Part shown: piece by piece, positions 19,589-28,165 of the stretch
Layout: every line of letters starts with the position of its first letter
How positions within the stretch are numbered: the first letter of the stretch is position 1
Source: a virus
Taxonomy: Duplodnaviria > Caudoviricetes
Length of the DNA stretch: 49,213 nt
Virus record (IMG/VR): IMGVR_UViG_3300005323_000008
Span: 1-49,213 of that record
Direction: 5' to 3' (one strand)
Made by a program: the position numbers and the translations under genes
Notes under the pieces: generated by a model
What the model saw: only the letters and a program-made list of their open reading frames with translations
Databases searched by the model: none
What the model was told of the DNA's origin: nothing

Positions 19589-21504
19589 TTCTTTTCTGCC
19601 TTTTCAGGTTTTCCGGCATTTATCCCTAATTCAAGGGCTTGTAATCTTAATTTACTTTGTTCAATGTCGTTCTTATTTTGTGATTCTTTCTGCTTCTGCG
19701 CCATTTCAGCCTGTGCCATTTGTTGTTGCGCTTTTAATTGATTCTCAAAACCAACTATTAATTTTTGCTTAGTATTATAATCAATATCTTGTGTATCTAA
19801 AACCAATCCCAAATATTCTGGTACAGTCCTAATCTCCGGCATTGTCTGACCAACTAAAAGCAATTTAGTATATTTTTGCTCTCTTAAAGTTTCGCTATAA
19901 GGATTATCGCTTACCGTAAGTTCAAACTCTGCGTCTCTAAAAATTGTTAAAGGTGTAGAGTTTATCTTTACATATCCGCTATTAGGTTCTTGCATTGAAG
20001 GAGCAAACGAACCTTGTCCTTGTAATAATTGAAGCATTTCCGGGTTAAGTTCTCCACCCGCTACTTTTATAACTCTCTCTGCTGTATCGTATTTATTGAA
20101 CCACCAAAGAAGTTTTTCTCCTAAATCTTTTTTCCATCTCTTTATGTTTTCTAAAAACAAAGCCGCTATTAAAGCTCCCTGCTGTGCTTTCTTCTCTACC
20201 GAAACTCCCGATTCATTAGCCCCCTCTGAAAGTCCCTGAAAACTTCTACCTCCAGCTATATCTTCCAAGTAAGACTGAACCAAAGTAATCATTTGAGTCC
20301 ATTGAGGATTTATTCCCTGACTTCTTACTGCGTTTATAGAGTTAACCGCTTTTACGGGAACTATACCGCTTTCCTCAATAATATCCAAAGCCTTTTGGTA
20401 ATCCAGTCCATCAGCTAATTGATTAACTGCTAACTCGTAAACATTCTTAATATCTTTCCCAAGACCGTAATCAATCTGACTGAAATATCTGTCAATAAAT
20501 TGCTGTAATGGTTTTAATATGTCAGCGAAACACCAAACTTTATCTTTAAAAGTAAATGACTGATAAATCCCATAAGGGAAGTCTTTTAACTCTGTTTCTT
20601 CATATTCAAGAATCGAATCCATAGTAAAGACATATTTATCAAGTTCTGTTTCAACTGATTTATCTACTGAACTTTCAGGCAGTTCTAAATCATCATCTAA
20701 GTAAGTAAGATAAAGTTCTCTCTGTCTATATTCTGCTTTCTTCTTATCTCTGAACTTCTCTACTATTCGAGTCTTATTAACATAATCATTAAAAATTAAA
20801 ATATAATAATCTCTTAAAACTTTTTCGTAATGAGTAAATTTAGTAATAATATCGTAATCTTGATTATCTGGATTCGGACTGATATAATAAGCATCTAAAT
20901 TCCGTCCCCACTCAAAATTTTCTCCACTTACTCTATGTTCAGATGCTTCTTTACCATATTCCTGTCTTATCTGTAATCTGTAAACTTTTTCAAGTTCAGC
21001 CATGAACAAAGCATCTTTCTTAGTATAGGTAGTTGCGTTTGAATCCCAAATAAAATTCTTGTAGTCTAAATCTTTTACCATAACTACATTATTTAATTGA
21101 GAGTCTTTATCAAGATAAATCTTTGCTACTCCATACTTTACCGTAATACCCGAATCAGCTATATCGCTTTCAAGATACTTAAAGTTAGTCCTATGCTCAA
21201 AGTCTTTAAAGACTATATTCCCGATAGAAGCCTTAATTTCATCCATCGGGTCAATAGTAGCTTTTATCTTAAATTCAGTCCTATTATTTTGCTGATAAGA
21301 TAAAATCTGATTAAGTTTGGTTGTCATCATGTTAATGACGTAATCAACTCTATTCTGCTTTTCTATTGCGGCTTTGACTTCGGGAGAATGAATACCTTGT
21401 TTGTATCTTTCGTTTTCATCCGCACTTGTCCATAATTCATTAAAATAAGGTATAACAGAATTATGCCTCGCAAGTAAATCAGAAACGGTTAGTGGAGTTT
21501 TCAT
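19585..21504 (-). CDS. Portal protein (P22-like)
   Basis: 639 aa; NR..YVINM...LN.I...QQNNRTE, Q..I....SQ, G..GANESG..V...QQG motifs, Gln-rich C-terminal barrel. Confidence 0.85.
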   Translation of the reverse strand: MKTPLTVSDLLARHNSVIPYFNELWTSADENERYKQGIHSPEVKAAIEKQNRVDYVINMMTTKLNQILSYQQNNRTEFKIKATIDPMDEIKASIGNIVFKDFEHRTNFKYLESDIADSGITVKYGVAKIYLDKDSQLNNVVMVKDLDYKNFIWDSNATTYTKKDALFMAELEKVYRLQIRQEYGKEASEHRVSGENFEWGRNLDAYYISPNPDNQDYDIITKFTHYEKVLRDYYILIFNDYVNKTRIVEKFRDKKKAEYRQRELYLTYLDDDLELPESSVDKSVETELDKYVFTMDSILEYEETELKDFPYGIYQSFTFKDKVWCFADILKPLQQFIDRYFSQIDYGLGKDIKNVYELAVNQLADGLDYQKALDIIEESGIVPVKAVNSINAVRSQGINPQWTQMITLVQSYLEDIAGGRSFQGLSEGANESGVSVEKKAQQGALIAALFLENIKRWKKDLGEKLLWWFNKYDTAERVIKVAGGELNPEMLQLLQGQGSFAPSMQEPNSGYVKINSTPLTIFRDAEFELTVSDNPYSETLREQKYTKLLLVGQTMPEIRTVPEYLGLVLDTQDIDYNTKQKLIVGFENQLKAQQQMAQAEMAQKQKESQNKNDIEQSKLRLQALELGINAGKPEKAEKK

Positions 21505-21803
21505 ACAAGTTTCCTTGTTAGTATATCAACATATTTCATAACTTCCTGAATAGCGTCTCTGTCATTTAAGCACCACTGACTTTCAAGGGTTAATGCTTTA
21601 TGAAACATATCCCTTGCCATTGCTTTCCATTTGACACCATCGGGTGAAAGTGCCTGAATATAAAAACCTTTATGAATAAATCCCATAGTAGTTTTTGTTT
21701 CAGGAGTTGATATACCTGCCGAGCCCTGCTCTTGAACTTTGTCTAAGACATTATCAAGAGCATTGTCAACTTCACTTTTCTGTTCAAATCCTTTAATCAG
21801 CAT
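21501..21803 (-). CDS. Hypothetical protein
   Basis: 100-aa ORF overlapping both neighbours. Confidence 0.7.
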   Translation of the reverse strand: MLIKGFEQKSEVDNALDNVLDKVQEQGSAGISTPETKTTMGFIHKGFYIQALSPDGVKWKAMARDMFHKALTLESQWCLNDRDAIQEVMKYVDILTRKLV

Positions 21804-21951
21804 TTTTGTCCACGATTACAGGAGGTTCATTTAGTGTTCTAAGGACATGAGTTATTTCATCCCTTGCACCACTTAAATAATTCAAGTTTGCCAAAGCCTG
21901 TTCAACCTGCTTGTTTAATTCTTCTAATCTTGCTTCAAGCTGTTTTTTCAT
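21793..21951 (-). CDS. 52-aa coiled-coil protein
   Basis: Read manually: MKKQLEARLEELNKQVEQALANLNYLSGARDEI...; TAATG coupling. Confidence 0.65.
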   Translation of the reverse strand: MKKQLEARLEELNKQVEQALANLNYLSGARDEITHVLRTLNEPPVIVDKNAD

Positions 21952-22805
21952 TACGACCCCGTTACGATTGGTATATAACCATATAAAGTTCCATTAATAG
22001 AAATCGGAATACCCGCTTTTCCTGTTAACGCTGTTTTATCTGAATCAATCATTTTACCCGAACCAGCCGCATTGATAAAGTCAAACAAGAACATATCATC
22101 CATAATTAAAGCCGCACCCGTACCATCACCGATTGCGCCTACTCTGAAGAATGATTTTGAAGCCGCACCTGATAAGTTAGATGTAGCGGCATCTGCGTTA
22201 ATTTCTGCGTTAATTACCGTATAAGTACCATTTGTCATAGCACCCGGAACGTGCAAAGTACCAGTAATCGCACTTCCAAGTCCCGTAATACTTCCGGTTG
22301 TACCAAAACCCAAAGATATGTGTGCGCCTCTTGCTGTTGCGCCTGCTACGTCAACGACTTCACCGTAAAATCTTGCGGCATCACCACCACCACCTATACC
22401 TGTAATGTGATGTTTCAGATAAAGACCCCTTGAATCATCACTTGTAGCATTGCAAGAAGTATAATAAGACATGAATTTAGCGCCTGCGGTTGTAGATGTA
22501 GTCTTGGTAGAAGAAGTTCCAGCACCATGCAAAACACCATCATGCGCTGTCTTAAAAGTAGTAATTCCGCTTATTAAGGTTGTACTCGATAAGGTAGTTG
22601 CGCCTGTAACCTGAAAAGTTGTTCCTACTGTTGCGGCTCCTGTAATAGAGGCACTTGCTAAAGTTGTGGCACCTGTTGTACCGCCTTTAATCTGTGTGAT
22701 ACCCCTGTTTGTGCCGATATAAATATTCCCAGCACCATCGTTATACATTTCATTAGTAACGACAGTCGATGAGGTAGCATTTGGGTTTTCAAAAAATATG
22801 TGCAT
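21951..22805 (-). CDS. Gly/Thr-rich fibre-like virion protein (possible head fibre)
   Basis: 284 aa; TGATTL repeats and C-terminal IPISINGTLYGYIP. Confidence 0.55.
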   Translation of the reverse strand: MHIFFENPNATSSTVVTNEMYNDGAGNIYIGTNRGITQIKGGTTGATTLASASITGAATVGTTFQVTGATTLSSTTLISGITTFKTAHDGVLHGAGTSSTKTTSTTAGAKFMSYYTSCNATSDDSRGLYLKHHITGIGGGGDAARFYGEVVDVAGATARGAHISLGFGTTGSITGLGSAITGTLHVPGAMTNGTYTVINAEINADAATSNLSGAASKSFFRVGAIGDGTGAALIMDDMFLFDFINAAGSGKMIDSDKTALTGKAGIPISINGTLYGYIPIVTGS

Positions 22806-22814
22806 AATAATCTC

Positions 22815-24578
22815 CTAAAATTTAGTTACGCCTTTTGGTTTATTGTTTTTCAAGACATAGCTTCTGGCGTATCTTGGTATATCTTTTTCGGGTCTGAAAT
22901 TCGATAACCATTGCGAACACATTACTGTTAGACCCTCCGCAATAATTTTATCATCAAAACATTTAACATTCGGGTCGGAATCTTTACCCTCTGCCTGCAT
23001 TTGACCCCTTGCGTTCTTAACAAACGTCAAAGTCTGATTCCAAAAATCGGGGTCATTGTCTGTAAAAAGTCCTTCACGAATCCACTCGTTTAACTCGTTT
23101 ATCATTATGGGTTTAGTTTTTATGTTTGTACTAAATCCTACTTCATGGCTCTGTGTCTCATATCCCTGATTGAAACCTTGTTTGTAATAAAGATTTACTC
23201 CAAGTTTGAAACATTTCATAATCGTTGTAAGACCATGATTATTCTTCTCAATAGCGAAATGTACGTCCTTATTTAAGAAAAACCATATCTTATGAATTTC
23301 TTCACCAAGTAAATCAGGGTCAATATGCCCGCTCCAAGTAAGAGCAATTTCACTATCTTCTCTATCCATAACTCTGATTTCACTTCTATCCCCCTGTGCA
23401 AGTCCTTCGGCAACGTCAACACCACCAGCGTATCTATAAACTCCGCCCTTTTTCAAATCTTTCCAAATCTGTATAAATCCTCTCGAATTTTCTACAAATT
23501 CAACTTTATCAATAGCGAATCTTAAATCCTCATAAGAAGTCTTGCCCTGCTCTCTTAAAGCCTTTAGCATCTCTTTGTCGTACTGGACTATCAAGTCCCC
23601 ACGTTTAAGAGGCTGTAAGCCCTTCCTTTCAAGTTCTAATGTCTCTTTTCTACGTCTCTGGCAGATATGAGCCGGAAATACAGGGCTACCGGATGATACA
23701 AAGGCTTCTTCCCAAGTTGAGGGATATTCCTGATGAAATCTTGATACATCATTCTGGCAAAGGTTCTTAATAACCCATCTTCTCCAATTTAACTTTTCAA
23801 GAGTAGCACCCATATCTATAAGTGTCTGTTCTTCTCCCTCAAAGGAGTTAAAAAGTCCGTTGCCTAAATCATTCTGTAATTTTTCTCTCTGTTCTTCGTT
23901 GTCAAATTTTTTAGTGTATTCAGGAACTTCCAACCACGAGATAAAAATGGGCACATAATCTGAATCACCGTTTATAGCAGAAACCCAATCATTGTAAAAA
24001 AGTCCACTTATCCCATTTGCCGTACTTTCTAAGCAAATCATTTGTGCATTTTTCGCACCCTGCATCAAACCCAACATAGTTAAATTAGCATCAGGATAAA
24101 AAGCTACCTCTGTTGCGTGTAATAACTGTAAAGTATCAGAACGACCTACTTCTCCAGCTCCGGCGGTATCTACTTTATTCTCGCTCTTCAATTTCCGAAA
24201 TGAAACTTTTTTCTCATTAGACTTTTCAATAACAGGCTGTAACTCTTTTGGCAAATTATCGTAATATCTCTTAAACATATCAAAAAGGTTGTTTGAAGCA
24301 TCTACTTTGTGTCCCATTGTGAGACATCTTTGATTTAAGTTGGTAATCAAGAAGTGACAAATCCAACCCTGAATAAGTGTCGAAATCCCAACCTGACGAG
24401 CTTTTAAAACTATTATCCTTATAGGTTTCCCTTCTGCCTGTAATCTCTCAATTACTTCTAAAACTTTTAATTGAGCATAATTGAACGCTAAAGGCACTAT
24501 CTGTCCCACTTCATTCTTAATTTTAAGAAATTTCGGGGCAAATAATCTAAAATTAAATATCTGCTCTAATCCGTTCAA
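22815..24578 (-). CDS. terL: Terminase large subunit
   Basis: Walker A LKARQVGIST, Walker B LHATEVAF, ESTANG coupling motif, QEYP, nuclease GVDVAEG and DD. Confidence 0.95.
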   Translation of the reverse strand: MNGLEQIFNFRLFAPKFLKIKNEVGQIVPLAFNYAQLKVLEVIERLQAEGKPIRIIVLKARQVGISTLIQGWICHFLITNLNQRCLTMGHKVDASNNLFDMFKRYYDNLPKELQPVIEKSNEKKVSFRKLKSENKVDTAGAGEVGRSDTLQLLHATEVAFYPDANLTMLGLMQGAKNAQMICLESTANGISGLFYNDWVSAINGDSDYVPIFISWLEVPEYTKKFDNEEQREKLQNDLGNGLFNSFEGEEQTLIDMGATLEKLNWRRWVIKNLCQNDVSRFHQEYPSTWEEAFVSSGSPVFPAHICQRRRKETLELERKGLQPLKRGDLIVQYDKEMLKALREQGKTSYEDLRFAIDKVEFVENSRGFIQIWKDLKKGGVYRYAGGVDVAEGLAQGDRSEIRVMDREDSEIALTWSGHIDPDLLGEEIHKIWFFLNKDVHFAIEKNNHGLTTIMKCFKLGVNLYYKQGFNQGYETQSHEVGFSTNIKTKPIMINELNEWIREGLFTDNDPDFWNQTLTFVKNARGQMQAEGKDSDPNVKCFDDKIIAEGLTVMCSQWLSNFRPEKDIPRYARSYVLKNNKPKGVTKF

Positions 24579-24694
24579 ATTACCTCTTTTACGTAAATCT
24601 TTTTATGACACTTAGGACATTCGTCCACAACTAAAACATCCGGCACTTCAAAGCCACAATAAATGCACAACCATATTCTTCTAAGACGCTTCAC
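24575..24694 (-). CDS. 39-aa zinc-ribbon / rubredoxin-like protein
   Basis: Read manually: W.CIYCG...CPKC; TTGA overlap with terL start. Confidence 0.6.
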   Translation of the reverse strand: MKRLRRIWLCIYCGFEVPDVLVVDECPKCHKKIYVKEVI

Positions 24695-24822
24695 TTTATT
24701 ACACCACTTTTGATTAAACCAAATATCACAACACCCAAAAAGGCGAGACTTAAACTAATCACCGGAGGCAAAGTAACTCCTACCAGAATCCCGATTATCA
24801 AATAAATTATGTTTGTTTTCAC
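24691..24822 (-). CDS. 43-aa membrane protein
   Basis: GTG after GGGAG; hydrophobic; GTGA overlap. Confidence 0.55.
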   Translation of the reverse strand: MKTNIIYLIIGILVGVTLPPVISLSLAFLGVVIFGLIKSGVIK

Positions 24823-24854
24823 TTGGTTCTCCCAATTTTTTAAAAAATATTTTT

Positions 24855-25067
24855 TCAATCGATGGTACTAAGCAAAATCTCCCAATACCTCTTTCTTAGA
24901 AAACTTACTATTTCTTCGTAATATGCCTGTGATAGACCCACACTACTATCTTCGCCCAATGGAGAGTCCTCACGAAGAGTGGCACGGGGGTCGGTCTGTA
25001 ACACTGCCTTGTCTATTATCGTGTCACCACGAGCCTCTAATGCGCTTATATGGCTATTCTCTATCAT
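24855..25067 (-). CDS. Hypothetical protein (doubtful)
   Basis: 70-aa ORF with ATGA overlap but atypical GC-richer, structured sequence. Confidence 0.35.
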   Translation of the reverse strand: MIENSHISALEARGDTIIDKAVLQTDPRATLREDSPLGEDSSVGLSQAYYEEIVSFLRKRYWEILLSTID

Positions 25068-25279
25068 TGCTTAGCCTTTATCCTCTTTACTGCTTGTTGG
25101 TATGACCTTAGCTTGTTCCCGCTTAACTTCTCAAGCATAGTGTTAAGCTGTCTTATATCAGCCTGAAGGGTGCTGACCCTACCGATTAACGTGTATGTTG
25201 CACGCTCTAATGAGTCAATGCGTCTGAATATCCTCAACTTGTCAAACAACGCCTTTATCTTAACTTTGAACTGTTTCAT
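25064..25279 (-). CDS. Hypothetical coiled-coil protein
   Basis: 71-aa ORF, AAGGGTG RBS. Confidence 0.6.
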   Translation of the reverse strand: MKQFKVKIKALFDKLRIFRRIDSLERATYTLIGRVSTLQADIRQLNTMLEKLSGNKLRSYQQAVKRIKAKQ

Positions 25280-25350
25280 TTTGGTACACCCTTATTTGTT
25301 TACTCTCAGCCCAATAAACCCATAATCTATATATAAGCTGTTGATTATGA

Positions 25351-25407
25351 GAATAAACAAGGGGAGACCCTGACTAACTAAACGCTAATCAGTTGACCGC
25401 TCCCCTT
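25351..25407 (-). terminator. Long hairpin plus U-rich tract downstream of terS
   Basis: Minus strand GGGGAG...CTGATTAG/TTAGTCAG...CTCCCC-TTGTTTATT. Confidence 0.4.
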
Positions 25408-25513
25408 TAAGCCGGAGCAGTAATTCGTAAACCCAAAGTCTAAAAGAACTTAAAACTAAACTTTCCTTGAAACGTCACTAAGATAATCGACTTTCGTCAT
25501 TATGGGCAAATCC

Positions 25514-26077
25514 TTATTGGGCTGTCTCATTGGGGATTATTCTCTTCTTAGTGCCTGCCTCGACTAATTCAGATTTATTTGTTTCCTCTTGGTCATCAGA
25601 GTTGCCGGATAAATCGTTTTTATAAACCGGATTATTTATACTTTTATTGACTGTCTCGCTTTGAGACACATTGCTTTCATTCCGCATCTTGACCACAAAA
25701 TCCTCGAATGTTTCATTTTGGACTATGTTCTTATCTGTAAACATAGCTTTCCATTTGCCTAAAAGCTCATTAGCCTTTAGTGCATCTGAATATTTACCTT
25801 CTTTTTTGGCATATTCTCTAATTTCAATCAATTCATTAACAATATCATTCTCATTTATAGATTCAGCCTTAACTCTCTTATACTCATTAACGTATTCAAC
25901 TATCTTAGGGTTTCTTAGGAGTTCATACGCCATAACTCCGGCAGTATTTTCGTCTTTTGTATTATACGCCAACAATACCGATTGTGTGCCATTTGCATAA
26001 TAGTCCTTGCCATATTCCCCTAAATATGCCTTTATAAACTTTAATTCTTTTTCAGTTAATCCGTTAGGCAAGTACAT
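25514..26077 (-). CDS. terS: Terminase small subunit
   Basis: LTEKE..FI..Y...NGTQS...AY......A...A..LL.NPKI..Y and A.KA.ELLGK...MF motifs. Confidence 0.9.
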   Translation of the reverse strand: MYLPNGLTEKELKFIKAYLGEYGKDYYANGTQSVLLAYNTKDENTAGVMAYELLRNPKIVEYVNEYKRVKAESINENDIVNELIEIREYAKKEGKYSDALKANELLGKWKAMFTDKNIVQNETFEDFVVKMRNESNVSQSETVNKSINNPVYKNDLSGNSDDQEETNKSELVEAGTKKRIIPNETAQ

Positions 26078-26298
26078 TATTTTATATCCTGATTATATTC
26101 AACCGTTGTTTGTGTGTTATACGAAGAGTTATAATTTTTGTTCCGGCTATTTATTTCCTCTTCAAGCTCTTTGATGTAGTTGAGCAAGTAACAAATTTCA
26201 GACACGTAAACCAATTTAGAGGGTAAACCCTTTTCGCCGTATTCTGTGAATTTAGTTAAAAGCTCTATTCTCTCAATATGTTCTTTATCGGTTCTCAT
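26077..26298 (-). CDS. Hypothetical protein
   Basis: 73-aa ORF coupled to terS. Confidence 0.65.
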   Translation of the reverse strand: MRTDKEHIERIELLTKFTEYGEKGLPSKLVYVSEICYLLNYIKELEEEINSRNKNYNSSYNTQTTVEYNQDIK

Positions 26299-26492
26299 GC
26301 TTTAACTCCGGTTATCACTCCGCATTGCTTATGAAATTCCGCTTTGTTCAAATCGTTCCAATTCTCTATTTTGGGAATGATTACTATTTTATCTTTAAGG
26401 ATTGAATTATCAAAAACAACAAATGGGAACTTTCCACTTTCATCCTTTGTAATTTCTTCAAAAACCTTATATTTTTTTTGCTCGTTATTCAT
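26295..26492 (-). CDS. Hypothetical protein
   Basis: Start re-assigned to ATG 26492 behind AAGGA. Confidence 0.55.
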   Translation of the reverse strand: MNNEQKKYKVFEEITKDESGKFPFVVFDNSILKDKIVIIPKIENWNDLNKAEFHKQCGVITGVKA

Positions 26493-26652
26493 AATCCTTG
26501 TCATACAAATTATTAACTTCAAATATATAGTCTATGTTATTGCTTGTTTTATTGCCTTGTTTAGTTACTAAAGTTATCACTTCCATGTATTGCTTAGTCT
26601 TGCGTTTCCGCTTTTTAGTTGTTTCTTTCTCTATGAGTGACTTTTTACTCAT
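26485..26652 (-). CDS. Small basic protein
   Basis: Start re-assigned to ATG 26652, ATGA overlap with upstream gene. Confidence 0.5.
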   Translation of the reverse strand: MSKKSLIEKETTKKRKRKTKQYMEVITLVTKQGNKTSNNIDYIFEVNNLYDKDYE

Positions 26653-26825
26653 TTTATCAGTGCATCGTATTTGTTGCCGATTTTTGGGATTGCTAATATT
26701 GAAGTTTTGAAGCGTTTGAGTAGTTCGAGCTTGACCGGACAATCTTCTGCAAGTATTTGCTTATCGGTCATAATAAAGGACTCTACATATTCGGGTTTAA
26801 TTTTTTTAGCTCGTTTTGCTACCAT
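26649..26825 (-). CDS. 58-aa first gene of the leftward operon
   Basis: Read manually: MVAKRAKKIKPEYVESF...; AAGGAG RBS. Confidence 0.65.
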   Translation of the reverse strand: MVAKRAKKIKPEYVESFIMTDKQILAEDCPVKLELLKRFKTSILAIPKIGNKYDALIK

Positions 26826-26847
26826 AAATAAACTGCTCCTTTATATA

Positions 26848-26876
26848 AATATAACAAATTTCTTGCTTAATAGCAA
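26848..26876 (-). promoter_or_regulatory. Sigma70-type promoter for the virion arm
   Basis: TTGCTA-17 bp-TATATT with extended -10 TG. Confidence 0.55.
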
Positions 26877-26887
26877 TAGTTATGCCA
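26872..26887 (-). promoter_or_regulatory. Sigma54-type (-24/-12) promoter
   Basis: Minus strand TGGCATAACTATTGCT, exact GG-N10-GC spacing. Confidence 0.5.
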
Positions 26888-27040
26888 TAAATAAATTAAG
26901 TATTTTTGACTGCTCGGTGGTAGATTCTACCTTTCATTATTACAAGTTTACATAATATCCTTATTATTTCCTTTGTTTTTCCCTTGTTTTATCGTTGGCA
27001 TGGAATATGAATATATTAAGGTAAACATAGGGAGTTAAAA

Positions 27041-27190
27041 ATGGAAAGCAAAATATTTTATATTCTACTAAATAACGGCACAAGATACCGCTTTATTGAT
27101 TGCCAGTATGAAACCAAAGGGGCTTTTTTAATTGTTTCGGGAATAGAAACCTATAAAATTTGCATCTTTGATATTAAAAATATTTATTAA
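27041..27190 (+). CDS. 49-aa early protein
   Basis: AGGGAG RBS; read manually MESKIFYILLNNG... Confidence 0.6.
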   Translation: MESKIFYILLNNGTRYRFIDCQYETKGAFLIVSGIETYKICIFDIKNIY

Positions 27191-27274
27191 AGTGAGGTTA
27201 AAACTCACTAATACGATAACAGATATCACATACAACATATAATGTAACATTAGACAAATAAAAGAGGTAAGAAG

Positions 27275-27547
27275 ATGAAAGTATCGAACATGACATCGAA
27301 CAAAGGGACAACAATTCCGAACCAGTTTATTATCAATACACCAAATGAAACATTTTTCCAGTCTTACAGCTCAATTATTGTTAAGACTACTTTTGAGAAT
27401 GGGAAAAGAGTGGTTTATTTAGACGAAAACAAGTGGAATTATTCAGTAACAACATCAAAATACCGCAATTTATTCTTAGGGGAAACCACAAAAGAGACAC
27501 AAAGGAAGATTAAAGAAGGGGTTTATATTCTTACTAACTTGAATTAA
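27275..27547 (+). CDS. Conserved phage early protein
   Basis: FQSY.S.I....W.YS.TTSKYRN.FL motif seen in phage early genes; GAGGT RBS. Confidence 0.7.
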   Translation: MKVSNMTSNKGTTIPNQFIINTPNETFFQSYSSIIVKTTFENGKRVVYLDENKWNYSVTTSKYRNLFLGETTKETQRKIKEGVYILTNLN

Positions 27548-27613
27548 CTGCCGATATAAATATTTATAATTGCAGTTTAAGGACTAATTTAACAATTTGT
27601 TGAGGTCAACGAA

Positions 27614-27769
27614 ATGATAGACAGACTAATAACACTAAACACAAGACTTTGCAAGCTCGACCAGATACACAACAGAGCAACAAGGGCACAACTTGACAGG
27701 GTTTATTATCTTGAGGCCTTGACAATGTACGAAATAAGCAGAATAATAAAAAGGATAGGGATATTATGA
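27614..27769 (+). CDS. 51-aa early protein
   Basis: GAGGT RBS; read manually. Confidence 0.55.
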   Translation: MIDRLITLNTRLCKLDQIHNRATRAQLDRVYYLEALTMYEISRIIKRIGIL

Positions 27770-27906
27770 AACTCTACAAACTTAAATTAAGCACTTACAA
27801 TGGCTCGATTAAAATAATCTATTTTGGACTTGATGCTGTTGATTGTTTGGAGATTATACAGCAGAATCTAAATTCCGGCTTGAATATCGAGCTTGAACCA
27901 GAATAA
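27766..27906 (+). CDS. 46-aa early protein
   Basis: ATGA overlap; read manually. Confidence 0.5.
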   Translation: MKLYKLKLSTYNGSIKIIYFGLDAVDCLEIIQQNLNSGLNIELEPE

Positions 27907-27922
27907 ATAATTAAAATAATCC

Positions 27923-27951
27923 TTGACAAATATGTAAACTATAACTATATT
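27923..27951 (+). promoter_or_regulatory. Strong sigma70-type early promoter
   Basis: TTGACA-17 bp-TATATT with AT-rich upstream sequence. Confidence 0.75.
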
Positions 27952-27979
27952 ACAGTTGTCAATTAAATGGAGGTAGAAA

Positions 27980-28153
27980 ATGGAAGAGGGACTTAAATTT
28001 GCGCTTAACCTAATTAAAACAAGATGCGAGGATATTGTTTCCCTTAAAAGAGACAAAAAAATATCCAGGTTTGAGGCTAACGCAATGCTATACGATTTAG
28101 GAATGTTGGAACGTCTTCTAAAAGAAAAATTAAATGAAGTTACAATTAAATAA
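27980..28153 (+). CDS. 57-aa early protein
   Basis: GGAGGT RBS; MEEGLKFALNLIK... Confidence 0.7.
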   Translation: MEEGLKFALNLIKTRCEDIVSLKRDKKISRFEANAMLYDLGMLERLLKEKLNEVTIK

Positions 28154-28165
28154 GGGAGCGGAAAA

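Noticed and set aside
24980-24995. TGGCACG sigma54 -24 box on the plus strand
   Set aside because: No GC at the -12 position and it points against local transcription
473-26077. Stop-codon reassignment
   Set aside because: Genes are full length and tightly packed under the standard code, and TAG, TGA and TAA all end genes
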